Positions 59,268-64,000 of a stretch of 64,000 nucleotides of DNA are shown in pieces. Position 1 is the first letter of the stretch. Every line of letters starts with the position of its first letter. The DNA is from Octopus bimaculoides. Taxonomy: Eukaryota. A program made the translations under genes and the position numbers. The notes below the pieces were generated by a model. That model was not told the origin of the DNA. It saw only the letters and a program-made list of their open reading frames with translations, and ran no database searches. The stretch covers positions 57,780,514-57,844,513 of the forward strand of contig NC_068982.1 in the NCBI RefSeq assembly GCF_001194135.2. Direction: 5' to 3'.

Positions 59268-62140
59268 TTAAGACAGTTTAAGTATATATTAACTAAATTT
59301 GACTGAAATTGATGGGTGAGCATTTGGTCAATCAGATTCGCAAGGAACCATGTAAGCATCGATTTGTGAGTTCAATTCAGCCTGAGGTTAGCTCATCATT
59401 TTTCCGTCATTTATTTATATAGTTAAAAAAAAAAAAACTGGCGCTCCAAATCAGAGAATAAATATCATTATGATATATATTATACAGTTATTATACTATG
59501 AGTCTTCCATAGTAGCTTTCTCTCTGTAACTTGCAAATCCTTTGGGTTTGTTTATAAAAATATTATTTATGTAGTATTAAGACAGTTTGTCTTTCATAAG
59601 TCATCAATAGATATGATATATATATATATATATAGGCGCAGGAGTGGCTGTGTGGTAAGTAGCTTGCTTACCAACCACATGGTTCCGGGTTCAGTCCCAC
59701 TGCGTGGCACCTTAGGCAAGTGTCTTCTACTATAGCCTCGGGCCGACCAAAGACTTGTGAGTGGATTTGGTAGATGGAAACTAAAAGAAGCCCATCATAT
59801 ATATGTATATGTATATATATATGTATGTGTGTGTATATGTTTGTGTGTCTACCTTTTATTGCCTTTTGCTTCTCCTTGATTCTGAGAGAATACAAATTCA
59901 AAAGTGGAAGAAGTTTTGTGGTCAAAGATATTCAAGTGGTTGACAGCACATGAAGAATTTAGCATGGGAAGGGCTGAAAGCCAGGGCAGATTTTCATGTG
60001 AAGCCCTCTCCAACTGGCAACTGGCCTGTATGAGTAAACTGGTATACGTAAGAGACTGTAACCAGCAGAAAAGATTGAAAATGGCTGAATAGAATGGAAT
60101 GTTGTGCATATATTTGTACTGGCTCCCTGTTAAAAGCACCCAGTACACACTGTAAAGTGATTGGTATTAGGAAGGGTATCCAACCATTTGTAGAAATCAA
60201 GTCAAATTAGACTGGAACTTGGTGTAGCCCTTCTGCTTGCCAGCCCTGATCAAACTGCCCAACCCATGCCTGCATAGAAAATAGATGTTAAATATTAACT
60301 AAATTTGACTAAAATTGATGAGTGACAGAAAATAGATGTTAACAGATGATGATATCAGCTAGGTATGCAAAGCCTGTAACATGAGGCAATGAAAGAACCT
60401 GCTACATGATTGTTTGACCTAGAAACAGTAGCTAAACCTCCCCCATGGTACAACTTGCGACCTTCAAAAAAACATAGGATATATTAGATAAAAATAGTCA
60501 TAGTTATGCTGTCTGTAAAGATAGGATGGTCATAGCTACAATGCCCTCGGTCATATGCCAGCTCAATCAAGCTGAGCTAAGGCTAAACAAGAAGTAACAC
60601 AGCAACAACACAACAGCTCATAATCAGAACTATGGTCCAGATACCATTGACAAGGTATACTGAAGTAATTAGTGAAATAATTAGAGTCTGAAGATATCCA
60701 GGTGACATTTAGGGCACTCTACTCAGAAACACAACAAAATGACAATGGTGGATTTGAACTCATAGTCTCTGAGCAGCCACTTCAATAATAACTCATTTGT
60801 TCAGCTGTATTGCCATTACTGGAAGTGAATATGGTGCAGTCATTAAGAAAGCTTCCAGCAGTTGTACAGAAAGAATTAATAATTGGCTTGGTGTACAACT
60901 GGATTAGTTAGTTACAATCAGTGTTTATTAACAGCTGCAGATTTAATTGTTGTTAATTAATGTAATTAATTAATACAATTGACAATTACAAAAGTTATGT
61001 GCAGCAGTTGTTCTTAATGTTAATAGCAGCTGTTGACTTCAAAGGAATAATTAATTAATTAATTAATTAAAACGATTTACAATTAGAACAGTTATTTACA
61101 CATAGTAGGTTTATTAGTGTTCATAATAAATAGCAGTAGACTTGAAAGGACTAATTGGTTTAACAAGATTTAGGTTTACTAATTGTGTGTCATTAATATT
61201 ATTGTACTGTGAGAATTAGTAGGTGTGGTTTTGAAAATGTTAACTTCTGGATGAGACACCAAGAACACATGCGTAACAGAGAATTTCAAATGTGTTAGTG
61301 ACTTCCTAGAAATAGCTGACAGCTTCTGTTACTTAGATGACCTTATTAGCAGTGGAGGTGGGTGCTCTGAAAGCATAGCAGTCAAAGAACAAGAAATAGT
61401 TCAGGAAGCTATTACTTCTGCTGGTAACAGAGGGTTTTGGATTTCTCTATTTAAGTGAAGGACAGATAGGCATAGGTGTGGCTGCGTGGTAAGAAGTTTG
61501 CTTCCCAACCACATGGTTCTGGGTTCAGTCCCACAGCACAACTTGGGCAAGCATCTTCTATTATATCATTGGACTTACCAAAGCCTTGTGAGTGGATTTG
61601 GTAGATGGAAACTGTATATATTTTGCTTAGGCATTGTGAGACTAATAACCTGGTGTAGAACTCAATATATGTATGTTTCAGATGAAAGTGTTAGATGAGT
61701 ATAAGAAAAAGAGATGAAACAGGAAAAACAATGGTTATGTTATGAATTTCACTAGCTTGCAGATGTTTCTGCTATAAGATGCAGTGGACTCACAGTTGAG
61801 TGCCTGAGTAACACCTTTTAGCTTCATCAGAGCCTTGAATATGAAGTGCATTTCATTTGGAAAGAAATTACATTTGTGCGAATATAGGGAATGGTATGCA
61901 TATGTGTCTTTGTGTCTGTGTTTGTCCTCCACCATTGCTTGGCAACAGGTGTTGTCCCTGTAATTTAGCAGTTTGACAAAAGAGACGAATAGAATAAAAA
62001 TTAGGTTTAAAAAAAAAAGAAGTTCTGGGGTCGATCCATTCAACTAAGAATTCTTTGAAGTGGTGCTCCAGCATGGCTGCAGTTTAATGACTGAAACAGG
62101 TAAAAGATAAGAGACAGTATGATGCCTATATATATATATA

Positions 62141-62491
62141 TAGGCGCAGGAGTGGTTGTGTGGTAAGTAGCTTGCTTACCAACCACATGGCTCCAGGTTC
62201 AGCCCCACTGCGTGGCACCTTGGGCAAGTGTATTCTACTATAGCCTCGGGCTGACCAAAGCCTTGTGAGTGGATTTGGTAGACGGAAACTGAAAGAAGCC
62301 CGTCGTATATATATATATANNNNNNNNNNNNNNNNNNNNNNNNNNNNNNNNNNNNNNNNNNNNNNNNNNNNNNNNNNNNNNNNNNNNNNNNNNNNNNNNN
62401 NNNNNNNNNNNNNNCGCAATGAAAACCGGTTAGAAAAAATCTTTATTAAATTATGCTCCCAGTTCAGCATTCTGGCTTTTTTACATTTTCC

Positions 62492-62530
<39 letters not shown>

Positions 62531-62732
62531 TTGTGTGTCTGTGTTTGTCCCCCCTACCATCGCTTGACAACCGATGCTGGTGTGTTTACGTCCCCGTAAC
62601 TTAGCGGTTCGGCGAAAAGAGTCTGATAGAATAAGTACTAGGCTTACAAAAAATAAGTCCTGGGGTCGATTTTCTCGACTAAAGGTGGTGCTCCAGCATG
62701 GCCGCAGTCAAATGACTGAAACAAGTAAAAGA
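62141..62732 (+). mobile_element. tRNA-derived SINE family A, young full-length copy spanning an N gap
   Basis: CpG-retaining head ggcgcaggagtggttgtgtgg through tail gaaacaagtaaaagagt. Confidence 0.88.
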
Positions 62733-63375
62733 GTATATATGTATACTGTGATGGTGGATGGTAGTGAAACATGGGTCTTGAATGTAGAGGATTTGTGAAA
62801 ACTAGAAAAAAAAAACAGGAAGCAAGCATGCTTTGCTGGATGTGTGATGTGAGTGTGCTAGTGTGCAATGCAATGAGCTGAGTGAAAAGCTGGATATAAG
62901 ATGAATCTGATGTCATGTAAATGAGAGAAGATTGTTCTGGAGGAAGTATGTGATGCCTAATTGATTTAACGAGACTTGCAATTTGTAGTTATTGTGCTGT
63001 GACAGTATGTACAGGCTTGGAAATTGTCAACTCTTGGACAAGATTTACTGCTTGAACTAAATTTATATTCTATATCTTTTATCCTTTACTTGTTTCAGTC
63101 ATTAGACTGTGGCCATGCTGGAGTACTGTCTTGAAAGACTTTTAGTCAATCCCAGTACTTCATTTTCTTAAGCCTGGTACTTATTCTATCAATATCATTT
63201 GCCGAACAGCTAAGTCATGGGGACATAAACACACCAGTACCAGCTGCCAAGCAGTGATAGGCCTGAGGCTATAGTAGAAGACACTTGCCCAAGGTGCCAT
63301 GCAGTGGGACTGAGCCTAGAACCATGTAGTAGAGAACCAAGCTTCTTATCATACAGTTATACCTGCGCCTATATA

Positions 63376-63580
63376 TACATGTATGTATGCATGTATGTAT
63401 GTATGCATGTATGCATGCATGTATGCATGTATGTATGCATGTATGTATGTATGTATGTATGTATGTATGTATGTATGCATGCATGTATGTATGTATGTAT
63501 GTATGTATGTATGTATGTATGTATGTATGCATGCATGCATGTATGTATGTATGTATGTATGTATGTATGTATGTATATAT
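63376..63580. repeat. (TATG)n/(CATG) microsatellite
   Basis: Direct reading; source of the MYVC and HTYI pseudo-ORFs. Confidence 0.95.
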
Positions 63581-64000
63581 CAGTCCTCACTAATACTCTG
63601 GATTTGATGGAATCAAATTTTAGGAATAAACAGTGAAATAATTTTTAACATACTTAATGAAGTAAATGTGATGACTTTAATTAATCAAGGCTACACCTGA
63701 GAAGAGGTAACATATTGCTGAACAACACTTAAGAAAACCGAAGGTAAAAGCAAGATTGGAAATGAAGGATAGTGTATGTATGATGGTGACACTTCTTTAC
63801 AACTATCACATGATGCTATGGCAAGGAGATAGTAAAACACACACACACACACACACACAATGAGCTTCTTTCAGTTCCCATCTGCAAAGTCCACGCATAA
63901 GGCTTTGGTTGGCTTGGGGCTATAGCAGAAGACACTCGCCCAAAATGTTATACAATGGGAATGAACCTGAATTAATATGGTTGTTAAGCAAGCTGCTTAT

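Overview
AT-rich, microsatellite- and transposon-dense eukaryotic genomic DNA with several assembly gaps (N runs). The repeat content (tRNA-derived SINE families, RTE LINEs, Penelope, mariner) looks like an octopus/cephalopod genome; this is my recognition, not a database result. The one host gene I can support is a minus-strand, multi-exon coiled-coil protein gene. Nine exons between 30529 and 2809 have GT-AG sites and splice in frame into about 405 aa. Its ERDISQKRHLIE motif matches my recollection of centlein (CNTLN). The gene runs off the left edge and its 5' part is not clearly located. The rest is mainly intronic repeat: one near-full-length but disabled RTE LINE (about 44.6-48.9 kb) with many fragments, two Penelope (GIY-YIG) remnants, three mariner relics, several MITE families and dozens of SINEs. 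Most notable observations: a near-canonical minimal type I hammerhead ribozyme at the 3' end of a Penelope relic (36567-36631); three short repeats with degenerate hammerhead-like motifs whose stems co-vary; a 1.8 kb foldback structure; a filled/empty pair of a TTAA (piggyBac-like) MITE site; a templated insertion; and possible antisense exons. I found no evidence for a wholly new system. No true tRNA or rRNA genes and no CRISPR array.
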